From: Escherichia coli
Lineage (GTDB): Bacteria > Pseudomonadota > Gammaproteobacteria > Enterobacterales > Enterobacteriaceae
Assembly: GCF_044324875.1 (NCBI RefSeq)
Contig: NZ_CP172185.1
DNA: 64,000 nucleotides
Reading direction: 5' to 3' (one strand)
The position numbers were made by a program, and so were the translations under genes. The first letter of the stretch is position 1; each line of letters opens with the position of its first letter. This document shows, piece after piece, positions 54,039-64,000 of this stretch. The notes below the pieces were generated by a model that was not told the DNA's origin, did not search any database, and was given only the letters and a program-made list of their open reading frames with translations.

Positions 54039-55678
54039 GGTTTTTTCACCTCATCCTGTTTCTCGCGATACACCCCAGCAAAGGAGGCGTTACCAAACGG
54101 ACTAAGTACCAGACCTTTGATATCGTACCGATAGGCCTGCAAGCGCAATGACGACGCCAGCGGCAGAATGGGTAATTCCTGCGCCAGAATACTCTGCGCT
54201 TCGTCATAGGCTTCAATACGCGCCGCCAGCTGCTGCGAGGAGAGCGCCTTACGCAACACGCTGTCGAATTTCGGATCGCACCAGTGGGCGAGGTTGGTCT
54301 GCGAATGAATTGCCGCGCAGCTCAGTAACGGACGGAAGAAACTGTCCGGGTCGTTACTGTCAGTCGCCCAACCGGATAACGTCAGATCATGGCTCATATC
54401 CATCAACCGCGCCTCCTGAAAGCGACCTTCTACCGGCACAATCACCACTTTTACGCCAACCTGCGCCATATCCGCCTGAATCAGTTCGGCGGTTTTCAGT
54501 GGACTGGGGTTCCACGCCTGCGAACGTGTTGGCACCCACAGTTTCAGCGTTAAGTTTTCCAGCCCCAACGCCTTCAACTGTTCGCGCGATTTCGCCGGAT
54601 TGTATTCAGTAATTTTAGCCTCGTTGTCATAGGCCCACGAGGCGCGCGGTAAAATAGAGGCCGCCGTTTCAGCCGTACCATAATAGATGGATTGCATCAG
54701 GCGCTGGTTATTAATCGCCAGTGCCAGCGCATGGCGGACAGCGGGATTATTTAGTGGCGGTTTGGCGGTGTTAAATGCCAGATAGGCGACGTTCATCCCA
54801 GGACGCAGCGTTAAACGCAAGCGTGGGTCGTCACGCAAAATGGATAGCTGACTGGCAGCAGGCCAGGCCAGAACGTCGCACTCTCCGGTCAGGAGTTTCG
54901 ACAGACGTCCGGTACCGCCGGAGCCTAAATCCACCACCACCTGCGGCATTAACGGTTTGCCGCGCCAGAAGTCATCATGACGTTGTAGGCGAATAAATTG
55001 CCCGGCGCGGTATTCCGACAACTGATACGGTCCAGTGCCGACCGGCTGACGGTCGAGTTGTTCCTGACGATCTTCTTTCTCTAACTTCCCGGCATATTCT
55101 GCCGACATGACCGATGCATAATGGGTCGCCAGGTGCCACAAAAAAGAAGCATCCGGCTGGGCGAGTCGGAACTCAACCGTATGATTATCCAGTTTGCGGA
55201 CGCTTTTCACGTTATCGGCAAATTGCAGGCTGTCGAAGTAGGGGAAGTTGCTGCCGTTGACGTTATGCCACGGGTTGTTGCGGTCAAAAATTCGCTGGAA
55301 GGTAAACACCACATCGTCGGCATTCATTTTACGAGTGGGAGTAAACCAGTCGGTTTTTTGAAACGGAACATCGCGACGCAGGTGGAAGCGATAGGTCGCG
55401 CCGTTATCGAGAACTTCCCAGCTTTCGGCAAGTTCCGGCATCAGGCGATAGGTATAGGGATCGACATCCAGCAGTCGATCATAAAACTGGGCGGCAAGGG
55501 TATCGACAATTAACCCACTGCTCGCTTTGGATGGGTTAAAGGTGTTGACTTGCCCGCTGACGCAATAGACAAAACCGCTGTCGCGGATATCAGCATGCGG
55601 GGGGGATTCAGGCGCGGCGATTGCCTGACCACTCACAAGTCCAGCAATCACCAAAAGAGACGATAATACCTGGCGCAT
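54035..55678 (-). CDS. sapA: ABC transporter periplasmic substrate-binding protein SapA
   Basis: 547 aa; signal peptide [21 protein letters not shown]. Confidence 0.95.
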   Translation of the reverse strand: MRQVLSSLLVIAGLVSGQAIAAPESPPHADIRDSGFVYCVSGQVNTFNPSKASSGLIVDTLAAQFYDRLLDVDPYTYRLMPELAESWEVLDNGATYRFHLRRDVPFQKTDWFTPTRKMNADDVVFTFQRIFDRNNPWHNVNGSNFPYFDSLQFADNVKSVRKLDNHTVEFRLAQPDASFLWHLATHYASVMSAEYAGKLEKEDRQEQLDRQPVGTGPYQLSEYRAGQFIRLQRHDDFWRGKPLMPQVVVDLGSGGTGRLSKLLTGECDVLAWPAASQLSILRDDPRLRLTLRPGMNVAYLAFNTAKPPLNNPAVRHALALAINNQRLMQSIYYGTAETAASILPRASWAYDNEAKITEYNPAKSREQLKALGLENLTLKLWVPTRSQAWNPSPLKTAELIQADMAQVGVKVVIVPVEGRFQEARLMDMSHDLTLSGWATDSNDPDSFFRPLLSCAAIHSQTNLAHWCDPKFDSVLRKALSSQQLAARIEAYDEAQSILAQELPILPLASSLRLQAYRYDIKGLVLSPFGNASFAGVYREKQDEVKKP

Positions 55679-55990
55679 AATATTAATGGATTTTATGTAA
55701 AGAGGCTATCTTACTAATATTTAATGACATTTGCCATTACCGTTTGTGTTCAGGGGTCGTAATGAGGGCCGTGTGGTTGGTCGTTGAACAGGTGACGTCG
55801 CCATCTGTTCAACATTCGTACCCGTGATTTCTCTATAACTATAACTCACAGAACAACTTAGCGAGGAGCAGAGCGGTACGATCGTGAGAAACCCATTAAA
55901 GCACGCTGCAGTGCGTGTCATTTTTAGCCGGATGCGGCGTGAACGCTTTATCCGGGCAACGATACTGACCGAGCGTCTGCAATGAAATAA

Positions 55991-56236
55991 TTACTCATTA
56001 CCCCATTGATTCAAAAACTCTGCGATCTCATCAATGCGTACGGGATTAATCCCCGCTTCAGCAGCCATTTCATGTTGGGCTTCTTCGCTGATCTCTTCAT
56101 TGTTCATCAAACGGGTGAGCAGTAACTGGAAGTAGTGGGCCAGCGGTGTGCGTTCAGCGTCTGCGACAGGCTCTGCGCATTCGGTCGCGTACTCATCGGC
56201 AATATCAAAATATTTTAGCGGGATATCGTGGTTCAT
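55991..56236 (-). CDS. ymjA: DUF2543 protein YmjA
   Basis: 81-aa acidic ORF in conserved position. Confidence 0.85.
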   Translation of the reverse strand: MNHDIPLKYFDIADEYATECAEPVADAERTPLAHYFQLLLTRLMNNEEISEEAQHEMAAEAGINPVRIDEIAEFLNQWGNE

Positions 56237-56369
56237 TATTTGCCCTTGGGGTTAATGCGCTAAGCATAAGGGCGGATGATAGCACTCGTGATCCGGGTCA
56301 TACATCTTTTTATAGTTAATGGCGCGGTGCATTACCCTCAGGCAGGATAATGCGCCGCGCATCCGACTA

Positions 56370-57755
56370 TTACGTTTCGCTCACCGGCGCTCTGTCACCA
56401 TCATACAACGGCACTTTGCGATAGCGGCGGATCAGATACCACAAATATGCGCCGCCTAACGAAGCCCATACCAGACCGAGTGTCAGTGACGTTGACTCGA
56501 GGTTAACCCACAGCACACCCACCGTCAGCGCGCCAACCAGCGGCATCAGCAAATAGTGGAAGTGATCCTTCCAGCTTTTATTCATTCCTTTACGCCGCCA
56601 GAAATGATTAAACACCGACAGATTTACGAAGGTAAATGCCACCAGAGCACCGAAGTTAATCAATGCTGTCGCGGTGACTAAATCAAAGAACAGCGCTGAC
56701 AACGCGACAATCCCGACCATAATGACGTTCAGTGCCGGAGTCCGCCATTTCGGGTGCACATAGCCAAACACGCGCTCCGGAAACACATTGTCACGCCCCA
56801 TCACATACAGCAGACGCGACACGCTGGCGTGCGACGCCAGGCCAGACGCTAACGTGTTCACAAACGTGGTACAGAGGAAAATCGACTGGAAGAGCTTGCC
56901 GCCGACGTATAGCGCAATTTCAGGCAGTGCGGCGTCCGGGTCTTTAAAGCGGCTGATATCGGGAAAGAACAGCTGCATAAAGAACGACGCAGCGATAAAG
57001 ATAACGCCGCCGTATACCGCCGTCAGGAAGATGGCTTTCGGGATCACGCGTGCGGCGTACGGCGTCTCTTCCGAAAGCGTGGTCACCGCATCGAAACCGA
57101 GGAAGGAGAAACAGACAATCGTCGCCCCGGTAATAATCGGGATCAGGTGCGCGTTCTCGCTGATAAACGGCTGAAGTGACCAGACGGTGCCAACGCCTTC
57201 TCCTTTATGCAGTCCCTGAACCACCAGGAAGATAAACACCACCATGATGGAGATTTGCACCAGTACAAACAGGGTATTGAAGTTAGCAACCAGGTTGACG
57301 CTCTTCAGATTCGCGGCGGTTAAAATGGCGACGAAGGTTACCACCCACACCCACGGCGGCACTTCCGGGAAGAGGGCGGAGAGATAGATTTTCGCCAATA
57401 AAACGTTGATCATTGGCAAAAAGAGATAATCCAGCAGCGATGACCAGCCGACCATAAATCCGACGTGCGGGTTAATCGACTTTTGCGCGTAGGTATAGGC
57501 CGAACCGGCTTCCGGAAACTGGCGAACCAGTTTGCCGTAGCTGATAGCGGTAAACAGCACGCCCGCCAGCGCCAGCAAATAGGACGCCGGAACGTGACCG
57601 TCGCTAATGCCGGAGACAATACCAAAAGTATCAAATACGGTCATCGGCGTGAGATAGGCCAGACCCATCATCACCACCTGCCACAATTTCAGTGATTTTC
57701 GCAGACGGGTTTTGCCAGATTGCGCAGCAATAGTTAGTGGTGAATTAATAGCCAT
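56370..57755 (-). CDS. puuP: putrescine importer PuuP (APC family)
   Basis: 461 aa from [15 protein letters not shown]; 12-TM amino-acid/polyamine permease. Confidence 0.93.
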   Translation of the reverse strand: MAINSPLTIAAQSGKTRLRKSLKLWQVVMMGLAYLTPMTVFDTFGIVSGISDGHVPASYLLALAGVLFTAISYGKLVRQFPEAGSAYTYAQKSINPHVGFMVGWSSLLDYLFLPMINVLLAKIYLSALFPEVPPWVWVVTFVAILTAANLKSVNLVANFNTLFVLVQISIMVVFIFLVVQGLHKGEGVGTVWSLQPFISENAHLIPIITGATIVCFSFLGFDAVTTLSEETPYAARVIPKAIFLTAVYGGVIFIAASFFMQLFFPDISRFKDPDAALPEIALYVGGKLFQSIFLCTTFVNTLASGLASHASVSRLLYVMGRDNVFPERVFGYVHPKWRTPALNVIMVGIVALSALFFDLVTATALINFGALVAFTFVNLSVFNHFWRRKGMNKSWKDHFHYLLMPLVGALTVGVLWVNLESTSLTLGLVWASLGGAYLWYLIRRYRKVPLYDGDRAPVSET

Positions 57756-58057
57756 AATTGCTGCCTCCCCTGCGTAATAAGGTTTGCGGTCGTGTCGACC
57801 TGAAATCAAACCTGTTTAGCAAGGGAAGCAAAGGGGGCGGAGTCCAGTCAGTAGCAGGAGGGGCGCATACGCAGCCTCCCTCGCCATGCGGGGATTTAAT
57901 CATCGGCATCATCTCATTTCCTCGTCACAGTCTTAATCGTTAACGGAAGCCCGTTGCCGCCTGCGCTCCATAACGCGACATCCGGAAAATGTCTGGATTA
58001 CCAGCAAATGTCAGGCCTGGCTCCGCTCAGGCCGATGAAACAACCCCGCAAGGGGTA

Positions 58058-59476
58058 TTACGCGTTTTTCAACATCCACTCAATTTCTGTTTCTGTGATG
58101 AGGCGCTCAAACTGCAACAGCTCATCATTTTTACAGGCGTGATAGACATGGCAGAAGCGTTCGCCTAAATAGCGGCGCAGGTGATCATTCTCGATAAACT
58201 CACCCAGGGCATCGCTCTGGCGAATCGGGAAGGGTAAGCCTTCCTGTTCCAGCCCGTTACCTTCGACTTCTTCCTGTAATGGCAGTTCGTTATCAAGGCC
58301 ATGCAAAATACCGGCAAAAATCGCCGCCATCACCAGATACGGGTTGGCATCGGCACCCGCCACGCGATATTCCACGCGGTGATTATGGCGATCGCCGCAG
58401 GGAATACGCAGGGCGACGGTGCGGTTGTTATGGCCCCACGACGCCTGCGTCGGTACATACATCCCCGGCTGGAAGCGGCGATACGAGTTCACGTTTGGTG
58501 CCAGCAACGCCATTGATGACGGCATCAGATCGATCATTCCGGCGAGCATTTTTTTCAGCAGCGGCGAATCTTCGCCTTCCGCGTCAGAAAGCACGTTCTC
58601 GCCACGATTATTTTGCATACTGATATGGATATGCATCCCGCTGCCCGCGTGCTCTTCATACGGCTTCGCCATAAAAGTGGCGTGCATCTTATGCTTTTCT
58701 GCCATCAGACGCACCAGGCGTTTTAGTGCCAGCGCATCATCGCAAGCTTCCAGCACGTTATCGGTATGGTAAAGATTGATTTCAAACTGACCTGGCGAGG
58801 CCTCGGCGACCGCGCCATCTGCCGGAATCAGCTGTAACTGCGCCAGCTCATCAATATCATTGAGCACGTCGGCGAAGTGGTTGAGGTTATCAACGGAGTA
58901 AACCTGGCTTTGTGTATTGCGGTCATCGGTGCCGGGCGCGCAGGGCGGTTGCAGATATCCTTCAGCGTCGCGCTGGCGATCCAGTAAATAGAACTCCAGC
59001 TCTACCGCTACGACCGGGAACAATCCGCGCTGGCGCAGCTGCTGCCACAGGCGGTTAAGAACGTTCCGCGGCTCAACGTCAAAGGGAGCGCCATCTTCAT
59101 CGACCATGGTCAGGAGCATCTGACCGATAAACTCTGGATCGGCGGCAGAAGGGGTTAAGGAACCGAGAACAGGAACACAGGTACGATCCGGCTCGCCCAT
59201 TTCCTGACCCAGGCCCGCTTCTTCTACTACGTTGCCCAGAATATCCATTGCAAACACCGAGGCCGGGAAATAACACCCTTTCTCGAGCTTCTTCAGGCTT
59301 GAAACAGGAATACGTTTTCCACGGAAGCAACCATTCAAATCGGTAAGTAAAACATCAACATATTGCGTATTCGGGTAGCGCTCCAGGTAGCGTTTCACTT
59401 CCTGCGTAAAGGCGCTACCCCGCCTCTCTTCTGACTGCTGAACAAAGTTCTCTACTTCAACGATATTGGTTTCCAT
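58058..59476 (-). CDS. puuA: gamma-glutamylputrescine synthetase
   Basis: 472 aa from METNIVEVENF; glutamine-synthetase fold. Confidence 0.95.
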   Translation of the reverse strand: METNIVEVENFVQQSEERRGSAFTQEVKRYLERYPNTQYVDVLLTDLNGCFRGKRIPVSSLKKLEKGCYFPASVFAMDILGNVVEEAGLGQEMGEPDRTCVPVLGSLTPSAADPEFIGQMLLTMVDEDGAPFDVEPRNVLNRLWQQLRQRGLFPVVAVELEFYLLDRQRDAEGYLQPPCAPGTDDRNTQSQVYSVDNLNHFADVLNDIDELAQLQLIPADGAVAEASPGQFEINLYHTDNVLEACDDALALKRLVRLMAEKHKMHATFMAKPYEEHAGSGMHIHISMQNNRGENVLSDAEGEDSPLLKKMLAGMIDLMPSSMALLAPNVNSYRRFQPGMYVPTQASWGHNNRTVALRIPCGDRHNHRVEYRVAGADANPYLVMAAIFAGILHGLDNELPLQEEVEGNGLEQEGLPFPIRQSDALGEFIENDHLRRYLGERFCHVYHACKNDELLQFERLITETEIEWMLKNA

Positions 59477-59519
59477 GATTCTTCGCCTTTGGTTTGTTTT
59501 CCGCTCGTTATCAAAGCGT

Positions 59520-59534
59520 AAAATATAATGACCA
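59520..59534. promoter_or_regulatory. PuuR-operator-like motif in puuA-puuD divergent region
   Basis: AAAATATAATGACCA resembles the 15-bp PuuR recognition sequence as I recall it (AAAATATAATGAACA). Confidence 0.35.
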
Positions 59535-59687
59535 CCATTCGAATCTGTATGCAAACTAAATGTTTGTCAAATGTTAAATTGAGTTTGCAAAAATGAAAAC
59601 CCACTGCTAGATTGAAAAAATATTGAACATAAAGGTCATTTAAAGCGCAGTAATGGCGATAATTTAGTCCACTTTGTGAGATTGAGC

Positions 59688-60452
59688 ATGGAAAATATAA
59701 TGAACAATCCGGTTATCGGTGTCGTAATGTGCAGGAACAGGCTTAAGGGTCATGCGACCCAGACTCTGCAAGAAAAGTACCTGAATGCCATCATCCACGC
59801 AGGCGGCTTGCCAATTGCGCTACCACATGCGCTGGCGGAACCGTCGTTACTTGAACAACTTTTGCCGAAACTCGATGGTATTTATCTTCCTGGTAGTCCC
59901 AGCAATGTGCAGCCGCACCTATATGGTGAAAACGGCGATGAGCCTGACGCCGATCCCGGGCGTGATCTTCTGAGCATGGCGTTAATTAATGCCGCACTCG
60001 AAAGGCGCATCCCCATTTTCGCCATCTGCCGGGGTTTACAGGAACTGGTGGTGGCAACCGGTGGTTCGTTGCATCGCAAGCTGTGCGAACAGCCTGAATT
60101 GCTGGAACATCGGGAAGATCCCGAACTGCCGGTGGAGCAGCAATATGCGCCGTCGCATGAAGTTCAGGTTGAAGAGGGGGGATTACTGTCTGCGTTGTTA
60201 CCTGAATGTAGCAACTTTTGGGTAAACTCTCTGCATGGACAAGGGGCGAAGGTCGTTAGCCCACGGTTGCGTGTTGAAGCTCGCTCGCCGGATGGCTTAG
60301 TTGAGGCGGTTAGCGTCATCAATCATCCTTTTGCGCTGGGCGTACAGTGGCACCCGGAATGGAACAGTAGCGAGTACGCGCTTTCGCGTATATTGTTCGA
60401 GGGCTTTATCACCGCTTGTCAGCACCATATCGCTGAAAAACAGCGACTCTGA
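59688..60452 (+). CDS. puuD: gamma-glutamyl-gamma-aminobutyrate hydrolase
   Basis: 254 aa from MENIMNNPVIGVV; class I glutamine amidotransferase, catalytic Cys in AICRG. Confidence 0.93.
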   Translation: MENIMNNPVIGVVMCRNRLKGHATQTLQEKYLNAIIHAGGLPIALPHALAEPSLLEQLLPKLDGIYLPGSPSNVQPHLYGENGDEPDADPGRDLLSMALINAALERRIPIFAICRGLQELVVATGGSLHRKLCEQPELLEHREDPELPVEQQYAPSHEVQVEEGGLLSALLPECSNFWVNSLHGQGAKVVSPRLRVEARSPDGLVEAVSVINHPFALGVQWHPEWNSSEYALSRILFEGFITACQHHIAEKQRL

Positions 60453-60478
60453 CCACTACAGTTTAAGGAAATGCAAAT

Positions 60479-61036
60479 ATGAGTGATGAGGGACTGGCGC
60501 CAGGAAAACGCTTGTCGGAAATCCGCCAGCAGCAGGGGCTTTCACAACGTCGTGCCGCCGAACTCTCCGGGCTGACTCACAGTGCTATCAGTACGATAGA
60601 ACAAGATAAAGTCAGCCCTGCCATCAGTACGCTGCAAAAGCTGCTGAAGGTGTATGGTCTGTCACTCTCGGAATTCTTTTCCGAGCCGGAAAAACCTGAT
60701 GAGCCGCAGGTCGTCATTAATCAGGACGACTTAATTGAGATGGGCAGTCAGGGTGTGTCAATGAAGCTGGTTCATAACGGTAACCCGAATCGCACGCTGG
60801 CGATGATCTTTGAAACGTACCAGCCGGGCACAACCACTGGGGAAAGAATTAAGCATCAGGGTGAGGAAATAGGCACTGTACTGGAAGGTGAAATTGTTCT
60901 GACGATTAATGGTCAGGATTACCACCTCGTCGCGGGGCAAAGTTATGCCATTAATACCGGCATCCCGCACAGTTTCAGTAATACGTCGGCAGGTATTTGC
61001 CGAATTATCAGCGCCCATACGCCCACCACGTTTTAA
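60479..61036 (+). CDS. puuR: HTH-XRE/cupin repressor PuuR
   Basis: 185 aa; N-terminal HTH (LSQRRAAELSGLTHSAISTIEQ), C-terminal cupin. Confidence 0.93.
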   Translation: MSDEGLAPGKRLSEIRQQQGLSQRRAAELSGLTHSAISTIEQDKVSPAISTLQKLLKVYGLSLSEFFSEPEKPDEPQVVINQDDLIEMGSQGVSMKLVHNGNPNRTLAMIFETYQPGTTTGERIKHQGEEIGTVLEGEIVLTINGQDYHLVAGQSYAINTGIPHSFSNTSAGICRIISAHTPTTF

Positions 61037-61185
61037 TCTTTTTGTTCTGTAAGCCGGGTAAGCGCAATGCGCCCGGCAATCTATAAAGAATGTCGCCAGA
61101 AATAAACGGGCATACGGCCCGGGGATCTCTGCGCCCTGACGTTCACAAACTGCATATATCTGATAGACGTGAAACAGGAGTCATA

Positions 61186-62673
61186 ATGAATTTTCATCAT
61201 CTGGCTTACTGGCAGGATAAAGCGTTAAGTCTCGCCATTGAAACCCGCTTATTTATTAACGGTGAATATACTGCTGCGGCGGAAAATGAAACTTTTGAAA
61301 CCGTTGATCCGGTCACCCAGGCACCGCTGGCGAAAATTGCCCGCGGCAAGAGCGTCGATATCGACCGTGCAGTGAGCGCAGCACGCGGCGTATTTGAACG
61401 CGGCGACTGGTCACTCTCTTCTCCGGCTAAACGTAAAGCGGTACTGAATAAACTCGCCGATTTAATGGAAGCCAACGCCGAAGAGCTGGCACTGCTGGAA
61501 ACGCTCGACACCGGCAAACCGATTCGTCACAGTCTGCGTGATGATATTCCCGGCGCGGCGCGCGCCATTCGCTGGTACGCCGAAGCGATCGACAAAGTGT
61601 ATGGCGAAGTGGCGACCACCAGTAGCCATGAGCTGGCGATGATCGTGCGTGAACCGGTCGGCGTGATTGCCGCCATCGTGCCGTGGAACTTCCCGCTGCT
61701 GCTGACTTGCTGGAAACTCGGCCCGGCGCTGGCGGCGGGAAACAGCGTGATTCTAAAACCGTCTGAAAAATCACCGCTCAGTGCGATTCGTCTCGCCGGG
61801 CTGGCTAAAGAGGCAGGCTTGCCGGATGGTGTGTTGAACGTGGTGACGGGTTTTGGTCATGAAGCGGGGCAGGCGCTGTCGCGTCATAACGATATCGATG
61901 CCATCGCCTTTACTGGCTCAACCCGCACCGGGAAACAGCTGCTGAAAGATGCAGGCGACAGCAACATGAAACGCGTCTGGCTGGAAGCGGGCGGCAAAAG
62001 CGCCAACATCGTTTTCGCCGACTGCCCGGATTTGCAACAGGCGGCAAGCGCCACCGCCGCAGGCATTTTCTACAACCAGGGCCAGGTGTGTATCGCCGGA
62101 ACGCGTTTGTTGCTAGAAGAGAGCATCGCCGATGAATTCTTAGCCCTGTTAAAACAGCAGGCGCAAAACTGGCAGCCGGGCCATCCACTTGATCCCGCAA
62201 CCACCATGGGCACCTTAATCGACTGCGCCCACGCCGACTCGGTGCATAGCTTTATTCAGGAAGGCGAAAGCAAAGGGCAACTGCTGCTGGATGGCCGTAA
62301 CGCCGAGCTGGCTGCCGCCATCGGCCCGACGATCTTTGTGGATGTAGACCCGAATGCGTCCTTAAGCCGCGAAGAGATTTTCGGTCCGGTGCTGGTGGTC
62401 ACGCGTTTCACATCAGAAGAACAGGCGCTACAGCTTGCCAACGACAGCCAGTACGGACTTGGCGCGGCGGTATGGACGCGCGACCTCTCCCGCGCGCACC
62501 GCATGAGTCGCCGCCTGAAAGCCGGCTCCGTCTTCGTCAATAACTACAACGACGGCGATATGACCGTGCCGTTTGGCGGCTATAAGCAGAGCGGCAACGG
62601 GCGCGACAAATCCCTGCATGCCCTTGAAAAATTCACCGAACTGAAAACCATCTGGATAAGCCTGGAGGCCTGA
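61186..62673 (+). CDS. puuC: gamma-glutamyl-gamma-aminobutyraldehyde dehydrogenase
   Basis: 495 aa from ATG with AGGAG SD; aldehyde dehydrogenase catalytic Cys (GQVCIAG) and Glu (LEAGGKS). Confidence 0.93.
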   Translation: MNFHHLAYWQDKALSLAIETRLFINGEYTAAAENETFETVDPVTQAPLAKIARGKSVDIDRAVSAARGVFERGDWSLSSPAKRKAVLNKLADLMEANAEELALLETLDTGKPIRHSLRDDIPGAARAIRWYAEAIDKVYGEVATTSSHELAMIVREPVGVIAAIVPWNFPLLLTCWKLGPALAAGNSVILKPSEKSPLSAIRLAGLAKEAGLPDGVLNVVTGFGHEAGQALSRHNDIDAIAFTGSTRTGKQLLKDAGDSNMKRVWLEAGGKSANIVFADCPDLQQAASATAAGIFYNQGQVCIAGTRLLLEESIADEFLALLKQQAQNWQPGHPLDPATTMGTLIDCAHADSVHSFIQEGESKGQLLLDGRNAELAAAIGPTIFVDVDPNASLSREEIFGPVLVVTRFTSEEQALQLANDSQYGLGAAVWTRDLSRAHRMSRRLKAGSVFVNNYNDGDMTVPFGGYKQSGNGRDKSLHALEKFTELKTIWISLEA

Positions 62674-62674
62674 A

Positions 62675-63955
62675 ATGACCGAACATACCAGCAGTTACTA
62701 CGCCGCCAGTGCGAATAAATACGCGCCATTCGACACGCTGAATGAGTCGATTTCCTGCGACGTTTGCGTGGTCGGTGGCGGCTATACCGGGCTGTCTTCC
62801 GCGCTGCATCTGGCGGAAGCGGGCTTTGACGTGGTGGTTCTTGAAGCCTCACGCATCGGCTTCGGCGCAAGCGGACGCAACGGCGGGCAGCTTGTGAACT
62901 CCTACAGCCGCGACATCGACGTCATTGAAAAAAGCTACGGCATGGACACCGCCCGTATGCTCGGCAGCATGATGTTCGAAGGCGGCGAGATCATCCGCGA
63001 ACGTATCAAACGTTATCAGATTGACTGCGACTACCGCCCCGGCGGCCTGTTTGTGGCGATGAATGATAAACAGCTCGCGACTCTGGAAGAGCAGAAAGAG
63101 AACTGGGAACGCTACGGCAATAAACAGCTGGAGCTGCTGGACGCCAACGCTATTCGCCGCGAGGTCGCCAGCGATCGCTACACTGGTGCGCTTCTGGATC
63201 ACAGCGGTGGGCATATTCACCCGCTAAACCTCGCCATTGGTGAAGCCGATGCCATCCGCCTGAACGGCGGGCGCGTGTATGAGCTTTCCGCCGTGACGCA
63301 GATCCAGCACACCACGCCAGCCGTGGTGCGGACTGCCAATGGTCAGGTGACGGCGAAGTATGTGATTGTCGCCGGGAATGCGTATCTGGGCGATAAAGTA
63401 GAGCCGGAACTAGCGAAACGCAGCATGCCGTGCGGCACGCAGGTGATCACCACCGAGCGGCTGTCGGAAGATTTAGCCCGTTCGCTGATCCCGAAAAACT
63501 ACTGCGTGGAAGACTGTAACTATCTGCTTGATTACTACCGTCTTACCGCCGATAACCGCCTGTTGTACGGCGGCGGCGTGGTCTACGGCGCGCGCGACCC
63601 GGATGACGTTGAGCGCCTTGTGGTGCCGAAACTGCTGAAAACCTTCCCGCAGCTGAAGGGCGTGAAAATTGATTACCGCTGGACGGGCAACTTCCTGCTG
63701 ACCTTGTCGCGCATGCCGCAGTTCGGTCGCCTTGATACCAACATCTATTACATGCAGGGTTACAGCGGCCACGGCGTCACCTGTACCCATCTTGCCGGGC
63801 GTTTGATTGCCGAACTGCTGCGCGGCGACGCCGAACGTTTCGATGCCTTCGCCAATCTGCCGCATTACCCGTTCCCCGGCGGGCGCACGCTGCGCGTGCC
63901 ATTTACCGCGATGGGCGCGGCTTATTACAGCCTGCGCGATCGTCTGGGCGTTTAA
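62675..63955 (+). CDS. puuB: gamma-glutamylputrescine oxidase (FAD)
   Basis: 426 aa; FAD-binding GxGxxG (VVGGGYTGLSSA). Confidence 0.93.
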   Translation: MTEHTSSYYAASANKYAPFDTLNESISCDVCVVGGGYTGLSSALHLAEAGFDVVVLEASRIGFGASGRNGGQLVNSYSRDIDVIEKSYGMDTARMLGSMMFEGGEIIRERIKRYQIDCDYRPGGLFVAMNDKQLATLEEQKENWERYGNKQLELLDANAIRREVASDRYTGALLDHSGGHIHPLNLAIGEADAIRLNGGRVYELSAVTQIQHTTPAVVRTANGQVTAKYVIVAGNAYLGDKVEPELAKRSMPCGTQVITTERLSEDLARSLIPKNYCVEDCNYLLDYYRLTADNRLLYGGGVVYGARDPDDVERLVVPKLLKTFPQLKGVKIDYRWTGNFLLTLSRMPQFGRLDTNIYYMQGYSGHGVTCTHLAGRLIAELLRGDAERFDAFANLPHYPFPGGRTLRVPFTAMGAAYYSLRDRLGV

Positions 63956-63992
63956 TTTCCGATTAACAGTGAAGAGTCAAAAGGTGTGAAAC

Positions 63993-64000
63993 ATGAGCAA
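63993..64000 (+). CDS. puuE: 4-aminobutyrate aminotransferase PuuE (first 8 nt only; cut by window edge)
   Basis: ATGAGCAA begins where puuE is expected after puuB; identity rests on synteny. Confidence 0.5.

Overview
This window reads as a contiguous stretch of Escherichia coli (or Shigella) chromosome, collinear with the K-12 region running oppBCDF - cls - kch - tonB - ompW - yciEFG - trpABCDE/trpL - yciV/yciO/yciQ - rluB - btuR - sohB - topA - cysB - acnA - ribA - pgpB - lapAB - pyrF - osmB - pdeR - rnb - fabI - sapFDCBA - puuPADRCB(E). All gene identities are from reading the supplied ORF translations against remembered E. coli proteins; no database search was run. About 65 CDS are called, most with high confidence, together with the trp leader/attenuator and several hairpin terminators visible in the sequence. 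The one clear departure from the K-12 gene order is a roughly 1.5 kb, visibly AT-rich insertion between the convergent genes rluB and btuR (about 24.79-26.31 kb). It encodes a predicted 340-aa lipoprotein and a 102-aa partner 12 nt downstream, neither of which I can assign to a family; this is the best candidate for an undescribed accessory system, and its function is unknown. Smaller observations: a TonB that appears 2 aa longer than K-12 in the Lys-Pro linker, a cluster of three GC-rich palindromic repeats between fabI and ycjD, and a possible 31-aa hydrophobic small ORF upstream of acnA. No rRNA, tRNA, CRISPR array, transposase or integrase was seen.
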